A DNA stretch of 64,000 nucleotides from a virus (taxonomy: Duplodnaviria > Caudoviricetes): positions 128,001 to 192,000 of IMG/VR virus record IMGVR_UViG_3300044712_000786. One strand, given 5' to 3'. Below, in pieces: positions 51,771 to 62,988 of this stretch (positions are counted from its first letter, which is position 1; each line of letters opens with the position of its first letter). Below the pieces are notes generated by a model. That model worked only from the letters and a program-made list of their open reading frames with translations, was not told where the DNA came from and made no database searches. The position numbers were made by a program, and so were the translations under genes.

Positions 51771-52535
51771 ATGGAAAATAACGTAATAAATTATTGTCAG
51801 GAGACTAAGTCAATTAATACATTAACTATAGATGGGGAGAAGGTATGTATTATGACATTTTACGGGGACGGAGGAAGGCAAGCTCAAGAAATTGAGAGAC
51901 ATAAGAAAGTGATGGAATATCAACAAAAGGTATTTAGGCACTTCAATATCCCCATTAACTACGTATACAACAACTTCAATTATTATAATTTTGGTCAGAT
52001 ATTAGATAGTTTCGTTCAAAATACCGCGAATCTCGTAGATTATTGGATTCACTTTGATATTGACGCTATTCCTTTAAGGATGGAAGTCATTCGCGAAATT
52101 TATAATAAAATCAAGGATAAAAAAACTATTTGGGGAATAGCCTCTCAGTCGAACCACATTATTAAAGCAAACGGAACCAAGCAACACGCATATTGTAATT
52201 CTGCTGCTTTTGGTCTAGCCTCCGACTTCTGGAGGAAACTCGGACAGCCTAGCTTTCACCATACTGATAGGGGCGACGTAGCAGAAGAAATTACATGGAG
52301 GGCTCAAGAATTGGGATATAGTATCGACCTAGTCTATCCGAAGTCTTCGGAAACATTGACTGAAGAAGAGAAGACGAAGTATGGGGTAGCCCCCTTCTCT
52401 GATTTGGATAATGGGTTTAGATTTGGTATGGGAGGCACGTTTTCTGATATGGTTTATCACGCTACAGTTCAAATCGTACCCAGAAGCACTGATTTATTTG
52501 TAGCTAAATGTGAAGAAGTAATGAGGGGTAATTAA
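51771..52535 (+). CDS. putative glycosyltransferase
   Basis: HFDIDAIPL DxD motif. Confidence 0.6.
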   Translation: MENNVINYCQETKSINTLTIDGEKVCIMTFYGDGGRQAQEIERHKKVMEYQQKVFRHFNIPINYVYNNFNYYNFGQILDSFVQNTANLVDYWIHFDIDAIPLRMEVIREIYNKIKDKKTIWGIASQSNHIIKANGTKQHAYCNSAAFGLASDFWRKLGQPSFHHTDRGDVAEEITWRAQELGYSIDLVYPKSSETLTEEEKTKYGVAPFSDLDNGFRFGMGGTFSDMVYHATVQIVPRSTDLFVAKCEEVMRGN

Positions 52536-52536
52536 T

Positions 52537-53175
52537 ATGGGAGCAATACGAAATATCCCCAACCTAAGAAATCTAGTAGAGTCTAGTGGAAGCACGGTTT
52601 TTATTGAGACTGGCGCTGGATACGGAACTGGGATTTTCACGGTCCTGCCTTTCGCCCTTAATAATATTCTCTCTGTCGAGATAGACCCCAATCAGACTAA
52701 TCTACTAAATGCTTTCTTTAGGTTTGATTCACGAGTCAAAGTATTCAATGCCACAAGCAAACAGTTCCTCGAAAAAATAATTCCTCAACTTGGGGATAAT
52801 ATTAAAGCGTTTTTTTTCCTTGACGCTCATTTCCCTTTAGCCGATTTCGGCATCAAGGATTTTGACGAAGAAAAGGATGAAGACCTGAGGATGCCGCTCT
52901 GGGACGAGTTAAACGTTATTAGAAGCTTTCAACGCAATAATGATACTATCCTCATAGACGATATTAGTCTTTACGATGACTCAGATAGGGCTTATGAAGA
53001 TGACCATAAGAAGAAGCCTATAGCTCACAAGCTATTACCTAAAAAACATCGAAATTATCTTATTAACATTATAGAGTTATTCAGGGGGACTCATAGCGCC
53101 GAAGTTTTAACCCAAGAACAAGGGTATCTATTACTAAAGCCTAAAGCTGCTAATTATTCAATTCGACCATTCTAA
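52537..53175 (+). CDS. class I SAM methyltransferase-like
   Basis: FIETGAGYG, SVEID, FFLDAHF, ILIDD. Confidence 0.7.
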   Translation: MGAIRNIPNLRNLVESSGSTVFIETGAGYGTGIFTVLPFALNNILSVEIDPNQTNLLNAFFRFDSRVKVFNATSKQFLEKIIPQLGDNIKAFFFLDAHFPLADFGIKDFDEEKDEDLRMPLWDELNVIRSFQRNNDTILIDDISLYDDSDRAYEDDHKKKPIAHKLLPKKHRNYLINIIELFRGTHSAEVLTQEQGYLLLKPKAANYSIRPF

Positions 53176-53176
53176 T

Positions 53177-53587
53177 ATGCAAATAATACATTTAAAAGAC
53201 CAACCCGCTCATAATGATGAAAGAGGGGAAATCCAAATGATTTTGGAATCGTGTGAGATAGGGAGCATTAGTAGAATAGCTAGTAATGTTGACTCTTCAC
53301 GAGCGAGACATTATCATCCAGCAGATTACCACTGGTGCGAAGTTATAGAGGGATGCGTAGAATATTACGAGCAGTTTTACAATGGGCGTTTTGATGAGCC
53401 AGTATTACTGAAAACTCTCCATAAGGGGGACATCTTTTTCACGCCTCCTATGAATAGCCACGAAATGATTTTCCCATGCTATACCGTTCTCAATTGCTAT
53501 TCACATTTGCCTAGAGTCCAATCTAATTACGAAAAGGAGACTATCCGATTCAGTCACTCCCTAAGGGACTTATATTATAAAAAATGA
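53177..53587 (+). CDS. cupin (WxcM/FdtA-like sugar isomerase)
   Basis: DERG; RARHYH. Confidence 0.7.
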   Translation: MQIIHLKDQPAHNDERGEIQMILESCEIGSISRIASNVDSSRARHYHPADYHWCEVIEGCVEYYEQFYNGRFDEPVLLKTLHKGDIFFTPPMNSHEMIFPCYTVLNCYSHLPRVQSNYEKETIRFSHSLRDLYYKK

Positions 53588-54189
53588 AACGATATTCCGA
53601 GCAAGGCCAAGACGTATTCGTCAGCAGCTTAATAAAGGATGGTTTTTTTCTAGATATCGGCTCTAATGGACCGATATCTGGTAATAACACTTATCTACTA
53701 GAGTCGTATGGATGGAATGGGTTAAGCGTCGATTTAAACAGGATTGGGGGATGGGACCAAAGAAGAACCAAGTGCATTGAATTAGATGCTACGAAAGTTA
53801 ATTGGTTAGATTTTCTAGAGAACAATAACGTTCCTAAAATCATAGACTATTTATCCGTGGATATCGACCATGCTAATATGCATGTCATTAATAATTTTCC
53901 ATTTGATAAATATCAATTCAAACTAATGACTTTTGAGACTAATCAATGGGCTTATTTGAATTGGGGAGGGGAATGGCTACCATTGCAAGAAGCTAGTCTA
54001 AAAGCCTTAGGTAAATATCCTCAATACACTAGAATAGTATCCAACTTGATGTTTGAGGGGCGAGCTTTTGAGGACTGGTGGATTAACAAAGAGCATTTCC
54101 CCAGTTCCATTACCTCACTGAATTTAAACGAGATAGATTGGAGAGACGCTGTAACTCAAATCTGCGAAGCTTCAAAACAATATGTCTAG
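53584..54189 (+). CDS. FkbM-like methyltransferase
   Basis: YSEQGQD, FFLDIG, NNT..LE..GWNG, IDYLSVDID. Confidence 0.8.
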   Translation: MKRYSEQGQDVFVSSLIKDGFFLDIGSNGPISGNNTYLLESYGWNGLSVDLNRIGGWDQRRTKCIELDATKVNWLDFLENNNVPKIIDYLSVDIDHANMHVINNFPFDKYQFKLMTFETNQWAYLNWGGEWLPLQEASLKALGKYPQYTRIVSNLMFEGRAFEDWWINKEHFPSSITSLNLNEIDWRDAVTQICEASKQYV

Positions 54190-55399
54190 CATACAAAAAA
54201 GTCACTGTAGGTTATGTGGGGGTAAGCTTGCGCCGATATTAGACTTTGGTCATTCAACCCTAGCTAACGAACTAAGGAGCAATAAAGAACAAGTTCAAGA
54301 AGAGTATCCGCTGGTAATTTGTAAGTGCGAAAATTGCGATAGCGTTCAACTCAAGCATACTGTAGACCCCAAAGTTCTTTTTGCTAATTATAGTTATGAA
54401 TCTAGCGCTGGTTTAGATGTCCATTTTAAGGAATACGCCGAACATACTTTTGACCTTTTAGACTTAAATAAAGATAGTTTTGTCGTTGGGATAGGTGGTA
54501 ATATTGGGCAATTAGAAAAACATTACCAGAATTTAGGGTGCAAAGTCCTCAATATCGAACCAGCAGAGAACATTGCTAATAAATCTTTCCAAAACGGGGT
54601 AAAAACAGTTTGCGCATTTTTTAATGAAAGTTTGGCGGAAGATATCGCTGTTCGCTATGGAAAAGCCGATGTCATTACCTCTAATAACTGTTTTGCTCAT
54701 ATTGATAACTTAACGGAAATTTTGAGTGGAGTTAAATCTTTACTTAGTCCATCTGGATTTTTCATTTTTGAAAATGCTTATCTATTGGATACTGTTAGAA
54801 ATACGGACTTAGGACAGTTTTATCATGAACATTTATTTTATCATTCAGTAAAACCGCTTAAGCTATTTTTTGAAAAGAATGGGTTAAAGTTAGTTAAAAT
54901 AGAATATAATCAAGTTCAATGTGGCTCTTTTAGAATTTATGCGACTCATGATACTCATGATGTTGAGTTCGATGATTCTATTTTTACCGCTATACAGACG
55001 GAAGAGGCAATGAACTTATACGACCCATCGACCTACTCACGTTTTTCTAATAAAATTTTAGACATCAAGAATCGTTTAGAAGTATTATTTGATAACATAT
55101 ATTGCGATAGACAGAGAATATGCATGTATGGAGTTCCAGCAAAGGCTGTCCTTATTCTTAAGCTATTCAATTTATCGAAATATGTCCTTTATGCCATTGA
55201 GGACGCCCCGAATAAAATAGGCAAATATGTGTCTGGAACTAATATAAAGATTTACGATTCTTCGTATTTTAAGGAAAATCCAGTAGAAATTTGTTTCGTG
55301 GGTGCCTATAATTTCGCTAATAGTATTATTAATAAGAATAGTTGGTATAAAGGAGCTTGGATAGTTCCCCTACCCAATGTTTTAGTCGTAAACCCATGA
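54182..55399 (+). CDS. NDP-sugar C-methyltransferase
   Basis: CRLCG...C..C..VQL; NNCFAHI; FYHEHLFY; YGVPAKA. Confidence 0.85.
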   Translation: MSSIQKSHCRLCGGKLAPILDFGHSTLANELRSNKEQVQEEYPLVICKCENCDSVQLKHTVDPKVLFANYSYESSAGLDVHFKEYAEHTFDLLDLNKDSFVVGIGGNIGQLEKHYQNLGCKVLNIEPAENIANKSFQNGVKTVCAFFNESLAEDIAVRYGKADVITSNNCFAHIDNLTEILSGVKSLLSPSGFFIFENAYLLDTVRNTDLGQFYHEHLFYHSVKPLKLFFEKNGLKLVKIEYNQVQCGSFRIYATHDTHDVEFDDSIFTAIQTEEAMNLYDPSTYSRFSNKILDIKNRLEVLFDNIYCDRQRICMYGVPAKAVLILKLFNLSKYVLYAIEDAPNKIGKYVSGTNIKIYDSSYFKENPVEICFVGAYNFANSIINKNSWYKGAWIVPLPNVLVVNP

Positions 55400-56313
55400 A
55401 TAAGAAGCGAGTCGTAATTACTGGTGTAGCTGGTTATATTGGAACAGAGCTTACTAAGCTTTATTCTAGAGATACAAGTTGCGAAGTTGTGGGCGTAGAT
55501 AACCGATTTATACCCGAACGAGTTGCTTGGATGTCTGAGCATGGCATTAAGTTCATTGAAAAAGACTTGTTTTCTATTAGGTCTATCCTAGCTGAAGCAG
55601 ATGTAGTTATTCATTTAGCTGGCGTAACCGATGTTGCTTACGTGTCTACTCAAGCTAATCCAGAGCAAGATGCATTAATCAGAAGGATAGGTATAGATGG
55701 AACGATGGAAGTTATACGTAATACTTCTGATGATTGTAAAATTATCTTCCCCTCTACCCATGTCATCTTTGAAGGGCTTCAAAAGGAGACCCTGAACATA
55801 GGAGAAGATTTTCCCCCATGTCCCGTGTTATGTTATGCCTCTGTAAAGCGAGAGAATGAAAAACAGTTACTAGATAGTAAAAAGAATGTTTCTATTCTCC
55901 GTCTGGCATCTGTTTATGGTTACAATGAAAACATGAGGACAAAAATAGTAGGAAATCTCTTTGCTAAAATGGCTTCCCAAAATACTCCCATTAAGCTATT
56001 CGGGGGCGGGGTTAATTATAAACCATGTGTAGGAGTCAGGGATGTAGCTAGACTCATGAAGCGTTGCGAAGAGTCATATTTTTGTCGCCCAGTTATCTAT
56101 AATGTTGTAAATGAGAATCTTAGGGTAAAAGAAATCGCAGATATTTGCAAGAAATATAATTCGCAACTAGATGTCCAAGTTACCGATGACGAAGTTCCTA
56201 ACGCTGGATATACTCTTTCTAATAAGAAGCTTCTTGATTCTGGATTTGTATTTGAGCAAAATATCGATAAGGAAATCCATAACATGATATATCTCTGGAG
56301 GAATCATGGATAA
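55396..56313 (+). CDS. NAD-dependent epimerase/dehydratase
   Basis: TGVAGYIG, IHLAG, Y..VK, LRLASVYG. Confidence 0.85.
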   Translation: MNKKRVVITGVAGYIGTELTKLYSRDTSCEVVGVDNRFIPERVAWMSEHGIKFIEKDLFSIRSILAEADVVIHLAGVTDVAYVSTQANPEQDALIRRIGIDGTMEVIRNTSDDCKIIFPSTHVIFEGLQKETLNIGEDFPPCPVLCYASVKRENEKQLLDSKKNVSILRLASVYGYNENMRTKIVGNLFAKMASQNTPIKLFGGGVNYKPCVGVRDVARLMKRCEESYFCRPVIYNVVNENLRVKEIADICKKYNSQLDVQVTDDEVPNAGYTLSNKKLLDSGFVFEQNIDKEIHNMIYLWRNHG

Positions 56314-57082
56314 AATAAGCGTTCTAGTTCTAGATTATAATAGGCCAATCGAAACAGAGCTTTGCCTAAACAGTATTAAAAATTACTGCAAAGTCCCCCA
56401 TGAAGTAATCTATTTATGCAACGGGAGTGATAATAGTGATTATGCATTCGACTTCTACAAGAGAGGATTGATAGATAAGTTAATAATTAATAAAGAAAAT
56501 AATGGAGGGGGATTCGGAACAGTTCAACTAGTTAATAATTCATTTAATAAATATATTTTATGGATTGAATGTGATTGCGAGCTACAAGCTACTATAGAAG
56601 AAGAAGGATTAAATAGTCTCATTAAGGCTTTACAGTCCGATTTTGCTTGCATTGATTTAACTGGGGGTATTTGTGGATTTAATATCTATTCTGGAAGATG
56701 CTTCTTTATGGATAGAGAAAGATATAATTCAATTAAAAAGGATGAAAATGGGGTCTATGGGGGTCCCGGTCCCTATAACTCTACTAGATATTTGGAATCA
56801 TTTATCCAAGAGTATTTCAAGAATAACGGTCTTAAGGTTGGTCATGTCACGGGATTGATTAAAGATAATGGTAAATGGAGTATAAGGCAAGTGGGCGACG
56901 GTATTTATAGACATAGGTGTGATACCAAACAGATGTATATCATTAAAACTCCCACTTATATGACGGAAGAATATCCCCCGTTTGATAAAGATTTAGAGTG
57001 GCCGAATGTATTGGCGGGAAAATGGATAGACGGAGAGATACCCTTGAAATGGAAAAACCTTAGCTTCCAATATTGGAAATAA
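56306..57082 (+). CDS. GT2 glycosyltransferase
   Basis: VLDYNRP, NGSD, N.GGG.G, IECD. Confidence 0.75.
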   Translation: MDKISVLVLDYNRPIETELCLNSIKNYCKVPHEVIYLCNGSDNSDYAFDFYKRGLIDKLIINKENNGGGFGTVQLVNNSFNKYILWIECDCELQATIEEEGLNSLIKALQSDFACIDLTGGICGFNIYSGRCFFMDRERYNSIKKDENGVYGGPGPYNSTRYLESFIQEYFKNNGLKVGHVTGLIKDNGKWSIRQVGDGIYRHRCDTKQMYIIKTPTYMTEEYPPFDKDLEWPNVLAGKWIDGEIPLKWKNLSFQYWK

Positions 57083-57083
57083 T

Positions 57084-57752
57084 ATGAATAAAGATACTTT
57101 AATAACTTATCTAAAACTTCTCCCTCGCCCGTTTATGGGCGGCATTGCCTATGATAAAGGGTATGGCACGGACGGAAAAGATGTTTTTAATCTTAGGGAT
57201 ACTTGTATAGACATGATGAAAGACTTGGAAGCATCCATCCAGCCCAAAGAGATACTCGAATTTGGAACGCAAGGGGGGTGTTCTGCATGTCTTTTCCTTG
57301 CTCTAACTAAGGCTAACCTGACATCTATTGATTTGTGCAATGGAACTGGAAATGTGGAGTGGGACTTTAGTTATATTGACTACGGTGTCTTAGATGATAG
57401 ACCGGGAATGAAGGAGATTATTAGAGTCTTGAATATACTATTTCCTAGCAGATTCAGATTTATAGCTGGAAGCTCTTATGGAGAAGAAACCATTAATAAA
57501 TATAACGACAGGAATTATGACTTACTTTTTGTTGATGGAGACCATTCTTTTGAAGGCTGTAGAGCAGACTGTCAGACTGCCGTAAGATTAAATATTCCAT
57601 GGGTGTTAGTAGACGATTACACATCCTCCGAAGTAATTCGTTCCGCCTGTGGTATACCAGAGTTGGAAATATTTAAAATTTACGAGAATATTCATAATTT
57701 TGCAAACATAGGAATAGCTCTTTTTAGAAATAAAAACTATGTATCAAGGTAA
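57084..57752 (+). CDS. class I SAM methyltransferase (Methyltransf_24-like)
   Basis: ILEFGT..G.S; LFVDGDHSFEG; VDD. Confidence 0.8.
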   Translation: MNKDTLITYLKLLPRPFMGGIAYDKGYGTDGKDVFNLRDTCIDMMKDLEASIQPKEILEFGTQGGCSACLFLALTKANLTSIDLCNGTGNVEWDFSYIDYGVLDDRPGMKEIIRVLNILFPSRFRFIAGSSYGEETINKYNDRNYDLLFVDGDHSFEGCRADCQTAVRLNIPWVLVDDYTSSEVIRSACGIPELEIFKIYENIHNFANIGIALFRNKNYVSR

Positions 57753-58485
57753 GTTAGAGTCTATTATTGTTTCATTTGGATGCTTGGATTTATTATCGAT
57801 AACCCTGCCTTTAAGTTTAAAAGAGTTAGACCATATTATAATAGTCACGAAAGAGGAAGATAAGGCAACCATAGATTATTGTCTATCTCTAAATTCTCCT
57901 ATTATAAGTATTATTAGAACTGATGCGTTCAATTATGACGGTGCCGTATTCAATAAAGGACTAGCTATAGCCCTCGCAATGAAGCATTTGAAATACTCTG
58001 ATTGGATGATTACTCAGGATACGGATATTATTATGCCCGAAGGGTTTAGGGAAAAATTCTTTAGCTTACCGCCGAACACAGAATATTTCTATGGAATGCG
58101 GAGAATTAATATAGATACGAGGGAAGACTATGAGGCATATCTAAACGGAAAAAAGAGTCTCTCTGAGTTTGTTTGTTATAGGGGGAGCGGCTATGGCTAT
58201 TGGTCTTGTGCTAATTATAAATCTTCAATTTACCAAGAATTACTAAAGAAATGGAATGGGCTTGGATATCCTTATTGGGTAAAAGAAGCAAGGGAAATAG
58301 ACTGGCTGTGGCGAAACAACTGGGGACAGCGAGACTTTAACCCCCCATTCGTAAGATATCCAGAAGACCATTTTGTAGAAAATCAAGATTTTGATACTGG
58401 ATTATATAGAGAACTGCCATTTAGATGCATACATTTAGGTATAGCGGGTAAAAATCACGAGACAAGAACTACGGAATTATTTTAA
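57739..58485 (+). CDS. GT-A glycosyltransferase
   Basis: FNKG.A; DTDI. Confidence 0.7.
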   Translation: MYQGKLESIIVSFGCLDLLSITLPLSLKELDHIIIVTKEEDKATIDYCLSLNSPIISIIRTDAFNYDGAVFNKGLAIALAMKHLKYSDWMITQDTDIIMPEGFREKFFSLPPNTEYFYGMRRINIDTREDYEAYLNGKKSLSEFVCYRGSGYGYWSCANYKSSIYQELLKKWNGLGYPYWVKEAREIDWLWRNNWGQRDFNPPFVRYPEDHFVENQDFDTGLYRELPFRCIHLGIAGKNHETRTTELF

Positions 58486-58486
58486 A

Positions 58487-59347
58487 ATGAATAGTAAAAT
58501 TTACATCGGTCTAATAACCAGTAATGGACAATCGAAAAACCTCGAAGAACTAACTTCGGTCTATCATTATTTTGACGGAATTGCGGCCACTTATCACATT
58601 AACGAAGGCGAAGCGGTAGACGATGGTCATCTCATTTTGAATGTAAGAAAGGGAAATGGATTTGTGGTGAAGCGAGAGTGGTATGGCGACCATTCGCGCT
58701 CAATGAATGAGTTTTTGTTAAACCCTAAAATTAGATTGGGCGACTGGATACTATTAAGAGATAGTAGCGAAAGAATTAGCATCCCGTTCGCGAGGCAAAT
58801 AAAAATGTTTGTTAAGCAGTTAGAGGCGAACAATATTAGAACCGTTTATCAATATTCTAAATGTCTGATGTTTATGAAGTGCGAGCATCAATATTTTAGG
58901 GGAACCCCTCATTGGGGTCTTCAGGGCGCAAGGGGTGAAGCTATAGCAATTGAGAATCTTCAAGGTTTCTCTCGGGATGAAGATTATTGCTATAGCACTC
59001 GTGTTACTAACAGAAGCGAGGATACTTTTGTAGCTCACGTTCTTCGTTATTACCTTTACGATTCTAGTAATCATTTACTTTTAGGGAGAGAGTCCAAACT
59101 AGAAGAATTCAGGGCTCATGACGAAACAAGGGTCCGTTTTAAATATTACATAGAAAAGGAATTGAATATTGAACCTACGGAAAAGGGTCTACTAGCATAT
59201 TTAAAGAATAACCCTTTAACCAATAAGTTAAAGGATTTTATCAATTTCGAACCTATATTAAACGATTTCTATTGTTACTATATTCTTAATCATAATATCG
59301 CTGATGTGATAAGCCGCAGGAATAGTAATAAAATGTTTTTTGTCTAA
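58487..59347 (+). CDS. putative glycosyltransferase
   Basis: Position in cluster; W...RDS.ER. Confidence 0.5.
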   Translation: MNSKIYIGLITSNGQSKNLEELTSVYHYFDGIAATYHINEGEAVDDGHLILNVRKGNGFVVKREWYGDHSRSMNEFLLNPKIRLGDWILLRDSSERISIPFARQIKMFVKQLEANNIRTVYQYSKCLMFMKCEHQYFRGTPHWGLQGARGEAIAIENLQGFSRDEDYCYSTRVTNRSEDTFVAHVLRYYLYDSSNHLLLGRESKLEEFRAHDETRVRFKYYIEKELNIEPTEKGLLAYLKNNPLTNKLKDFINFEPILNDFYCYYILNHNIADVISRRNSNKMFFV

Positions 59348-60162
59348 TGATAAAAGCTATAGGAACCTTACATGGTCTTTTCGGAGACCTAGTCATGACA
59401 ACTTCCGCTCTTAAGTCTTTTAAGAGGCTCTGTCCACGCTCGCATTTTACTTTTGCGGTATCTAACAGGCACGCAAGCATTCTTCCCCTATTCGAGAAGC
59501 ACCCATTAATCGATGCTTTCCATGTATGGGAGGGCGATGATTATGGGCTTACGGATAATGATAAGAAACATGTTTTTGACAATAATTTCGATATATTTTT
59601 CGACCCATTCCCTAAGCATACTTCCCCAGATTGGTATAATAGGTTTCACTATCTGGAAGAGACTGCTTTAATGCTTGGTTTGGCTCCCGAAATTAATCCA
59701 ACATGTTATCTGACTAAGTGGTTTGACTTAGAGCCCTCTTATAAAAAATGCGTTGCCCTGTCGGTTTTTCCCAGCCGCTCTAAAAATACTACTAAGACCT
59801 TATCCGTCGAGAAATGGAATGAAATAGTCGCCTATCTAAAATCTCTAGGCTATCGATGCATACAATTAGGGGGGATATATGACTTGCAAATAGAAGGCGC
59901 TGAGAAGCCAGAATTCGATTTCGTCCAAGCGGCTCAATGTTTATGTTCCTGCGATTTTCAGATTACAACTGACACTTCATGGGCATGGATAGGTTCGGCT
60001 TATAGAACCCGCACAATTGGATTCTATACTTGTGATTATGTTGATATTCAGACTCCTTGGTCTCATTGTCCACCCAACGCTAATGCTAAATATTTTTGGG
60101 TTAAGCGTTTTTCCGATGCTACGCCTAGCGATATTATTTCTTCTATTATTTCGTCCGTATGA
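59347..60162 (+). CDS. GT9 (heptosyltransferase-like) glycosyltransferase
   Basis: GDLVMTT..L, ITTDTS. Confidence 0.75.
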   Translation: MIKAIGTLHGLFGDLVMTTSALKSFKRLCPRSHFTFAVSNRHASILPLFEKHPLIDAFHVWEGDDYGLTDNDKKHVFDNNFDIFFDPFPKHTSPDWYNRFHYLEETALMLGLAPEINPTCYLTKWFDLEPSYKKCVALSVFPSRSKNTTKTLSVEKWNEIVAYLKSLGYRCIQLGGIYDLQIEGAEKPEFDFVQAAQCLCSCDFQITTDTSWAWIGSAYRTRTIGFYTCDYVDIQTPWSHCPPNANAKYFWVKRFSDATPSDIISSIISSV

Positions 60163-61085
60163 AAATAACAGCTTTAGGAGCAGAAAACTATATTAATCAA
60201 ATTCAGAGGATAAGGGATGGACTTGAGGAAGTTTCTAGCTCTATCGCTTCAGAATATAGGCTTATTTATTGTAATGACCCCTCTGTATATGATTCTTCTT
60301 TCATCGGGGAGTCAAATACGAAAGTCATTTATAATGTTCTAGATTTGCCCCCGCATTTAATGTCGGGCGAACGCTATGACTTATCTCGTTATCCATATAT
60401 TAACCATCGCTGGAGAAGGGATTTCCAACCGAATGAATTAGCGTCGAAATTGGCTCACTGTCATGCAGTTACGTGTATTTGCGATGAGGTAAAATGGCAA
60501 TTAAAGAATTGGTGTAAAATAGATGCAACAACAATTTATAATCCAATTAAAGATGTCTCCCACTTGGACTTATCTGAAGATAGAAAGATAAGAAATCCCA
60601 AAGGGAAACCATATAAATACCTTTATGTAGGGAGAGCTAATGACATTAATAAAAGATTCCATATAGTTCGTGAAACCATGTGTCAGTTGGGCGAGTCCCC
60701 TGATTTGTTAGCGGTAGTTGGTTCTGAAAATCCCGGTTGGGGAGATTACTATGGCGTAATAAGCGATGAACATCTAGAGATATTCTATAATTCAGTTCAA
60801 TTTTTATTCTTCCCTTCTGCATTTAAGTCGATTGGACTTCCAGCCTTAGAAGCGGTAGTAACCAAATGTATTCCTATTGTGTGCGAAGATGACCCGACAA
60901 CTGCCGAGTTCTTTAATGAAATTGGAGTATCTCCAGACCCCCGTATTATAGCGCAGACAATCAATAATGAAGAATGGTTAAAAAACGCCCGACATTTCGT
61001 AGAAAAAAACAGTCATTTATACCATAATAAATTTAATAAGATACAAATTGCTCGAAATATTCTAAGCGTATTTAATAGTTTATGA
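60159..61085 (+). CDS. GT4-like glycosyltransferase
   Basis: YVGRA..NKR; FPS.F..IGLP.LEA. Confidence 0.75.
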   Translation: MKITALGAENYINQIQRIRDGLEEVSSSIASEYRLIYCNDPSVYDSSFIGESNTKVIYNVLDLPPHLMSGERYDLSRYPYINHRWRRDFQPNELASKLAHCHAVTCICDEVKWQLKNWCKIDATTIYNPIKDVSHLDLSEDRKIRNPKGKPYKYLYVGRANDINKRFHIVRETMCQLGESPDLLAVVGSENPGWGDYYGVISDEHLEIFYNSVQFLFFPSAFKSIGLPALEAVVTKCIPIVCEDDPTTAEFFNEIGVSPDPRIIAQTINNEEWLKNARHFVEKNSHLYHNKFNKIQIARNILSVFNSL

Positions 61086-62239
61086 ATTATAATTGGCCGT
61101 TAAATGTTAACAATTTCTCTTTGTTAGATAGGGCGAAGATTGCCCTTTTTTTCCTTCAAGAGAATCAGTGGACTCAGGGGAATTACGTCCAAAAGTTCGA
61201 AGAAGAAATGTCTAAATTTGTAGAGTCTTCCTATGCAGTATTTGTATCTAGTGGCTCAACAGCTAACTCGCTATTAGCTATGTATCTGAAGGATAAGGAC
61301 TTCAGTAAGAAGGAAATCGTTTTCCCTTCTACTACTTGGATTACTTCTGTAGCTCCATTTATTAGAGAGGGATTTATTCCTAAGTTTGTAGATATTACGT
61401 TATCTGATTTCTGTATGGATTTAGATAAACTCAATGAATATCTATCAGTTAATGCCAATAAAGTAAGGTGCGTTTTTCCTACTTCCTTATTAGGGTTCTC
61501 TCCTAATATGAACAAGCTGCAAGGAATTTGCGAACATTATGGGGTAGAATTGATGATGGACAACTGTGAAAATACGTTGGGCGGTTTTGCAGGCAGAAAT
61601 ATATCTTCTTTTACTACCTCTACTACAAGCACTTACTTTGGTCATCAGATACAAAGCGTAGAGGGTGGTTTTGTATTTACTAACTCTAAAGAGCAATACG
61701 AGTATTTCTTAATGGCTAGAAACCATGGCATGGTACGTTCTTTGCCCCTCAAAGCGCAATACGAATACCGTAACGAAGATGTTGACTCAAGATTCGATTT
61801 TCATTGTCTGGGCAGTAACTTTAGGAATACTAACATTAATGCTTTCATTGGTCTGCTAGACCTGAAGCGAGCGGGAGAATATAAAAAGAGAAGAGTTAGT
61901 CTATACAGCGCTCTCGAAAGAACGCTACATAGGGGTAAGTTTATTTATCCTCTCCTAGACTGTAATCATGTTCCATTTTGTATTCCTATAGTCGCTTCTA
62001 AAGGTAGCGAACTCCAAACGAAGGAACGAGCCATTTTACATTGTGACATGGCGGGGATAGAGAACCGCCCGATTATTTCGGGTAATTTGCTAAGACAAAC
62101 CTGTTTTAAGAGATTTGGTAACAAAGAAGATTACCCTAATAGCGAACATTTACATAAATGTGGGTTCTATGTAGGACTGCATCCCAAACTAAAAGAACAA
62201 CAAATTATTGACCTTGCCGATTTCCTAAACAGTTTATGA
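61082..62239 (+). CDS. DegT/DnrJ family PLP enzyme with His in place of catalytic Lys (ColD/E1-like 3-dehydratase)
   Basis: SSGSTAN, DNCE, STYFGHQIQSVEGG, RNHG, G.N.R, RPIISGN. Confidence 0.8.
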   Translation: MNYNWPLNVNNFSLLDRAKIALFFLQENQWTQGNYVQKFEEEMSKFVESSYAVFVSSGSTANSLLAMYLKDKDFSKKEIVFPSTTWITSVAPFIREGFIPKFVDITLSDFCMDLDKLNEYLSVNANKVRCVFPTSLLGFSPNMNKLQGICEHYGVELMMDNCENTLGGFAGRNISSFTTSTTSTYFGHQIQSVEGGFVFTNSKEQYEYFLMARNHGMVRSLPLKAQYEYRNEDVDSRFDFHCLGSNFRNTNINAFIGLLDLKRAGEYKKRRVSLYSALERTLHRGKFIYPLLDCNHVPFCIPIVASKGSELQTKERAILHCDMAGIENRPIISGNLLRQTCFKRFGNKEDYPNSEHLHKCGFYVGLHPKLKEQQIIDLADFLNSL

Positions 62240-62988
62240 AAATAGGTTTACTGTGCTGTTTCTATAATTGTGCCGAAGACGTAGATAAGTTATTAGCCCC
62301 TTGGCGTAATATATCTAATTGTATAATTTCGATTGTTCATGGTCAGTTTAAAGAGTATCACGATTTAGGTTATCCAGACGAGGATATAGCTACAATAGAA
62401 AAACTTAAAGTAACTCCCTGTAATTATTTATATGTTCAGAATGGAATTTATGAATCAGAAGCGGAAATAAGAGATAAAGGACTACGGTATCTAATTTCGC
62501 AAAATGTTGATATTGTTATACTTATAGACAGCGATGAATTTTACACCGAAGATAATGTAAAAGGCATCCTTAGTTATATCGAACATCCAGATAATGATTT
62601 GTACGCATGGTATTCTATTAATTTTAAAAACTATGTCTTCGATTGTAAACAATGGCTTGATGGATTTCATCCTCCTAGGGTTTTTAGAACTAAATATAAC
62701 TCCATTGCTATAGATAGGTTTTATTGGGATAACGATATACTTTATAAAAACGGTGAGATAAAATGTAACTACAAGGATTTGCCTAGTAAAGAAATACCTA
62801 AGAGAGTAGCTCATGTCAAGCACATAACATGGACTCACGAAAACGGAAAGAAAAAAGTAGAATACCAAAACAGACATTTCGGGACCTGTTCTTACAGATG
62901 GGATGAACAAAGCAAACAACTTGCGTTCAATGAAGATTATTACTTGAAAAACCGACTTCCCTTACCTATAACCAAGACAGATGATTAA
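62236..62988 (+). CDS. GT2-like glycosyltransferase
   Basis: LIDSDEFY. Confidence 0.7.
   Translation: MKIGLLCCFYNCAEDVDKLLAPWRNISNCIISIVHGQFKEYHDLGYPDEDIATIEKLKVTPCNYLYVQNGIYESEAEIRDKGLRYLISQNVDIVILIDSDEFYTEDNVKGILSYIEHPDNDLYAWYSINFKNYVFDCKQWLDGFHPPRVFRTKYNSIAIDRFYWDNDILYKNGEIKCNYKDLPSKEIPKRVAHVKHITWTHENGKKKVEYQNRHFGTCSYRWDEQSKQLAFNEDYYLKNRLPLPITKTDD

Noticed and set aside
45763-62919. Minus-strand ORFs within nrdJ and the glycan cluster
   Set aside because: Antisense shadows of recognisable enzymes.
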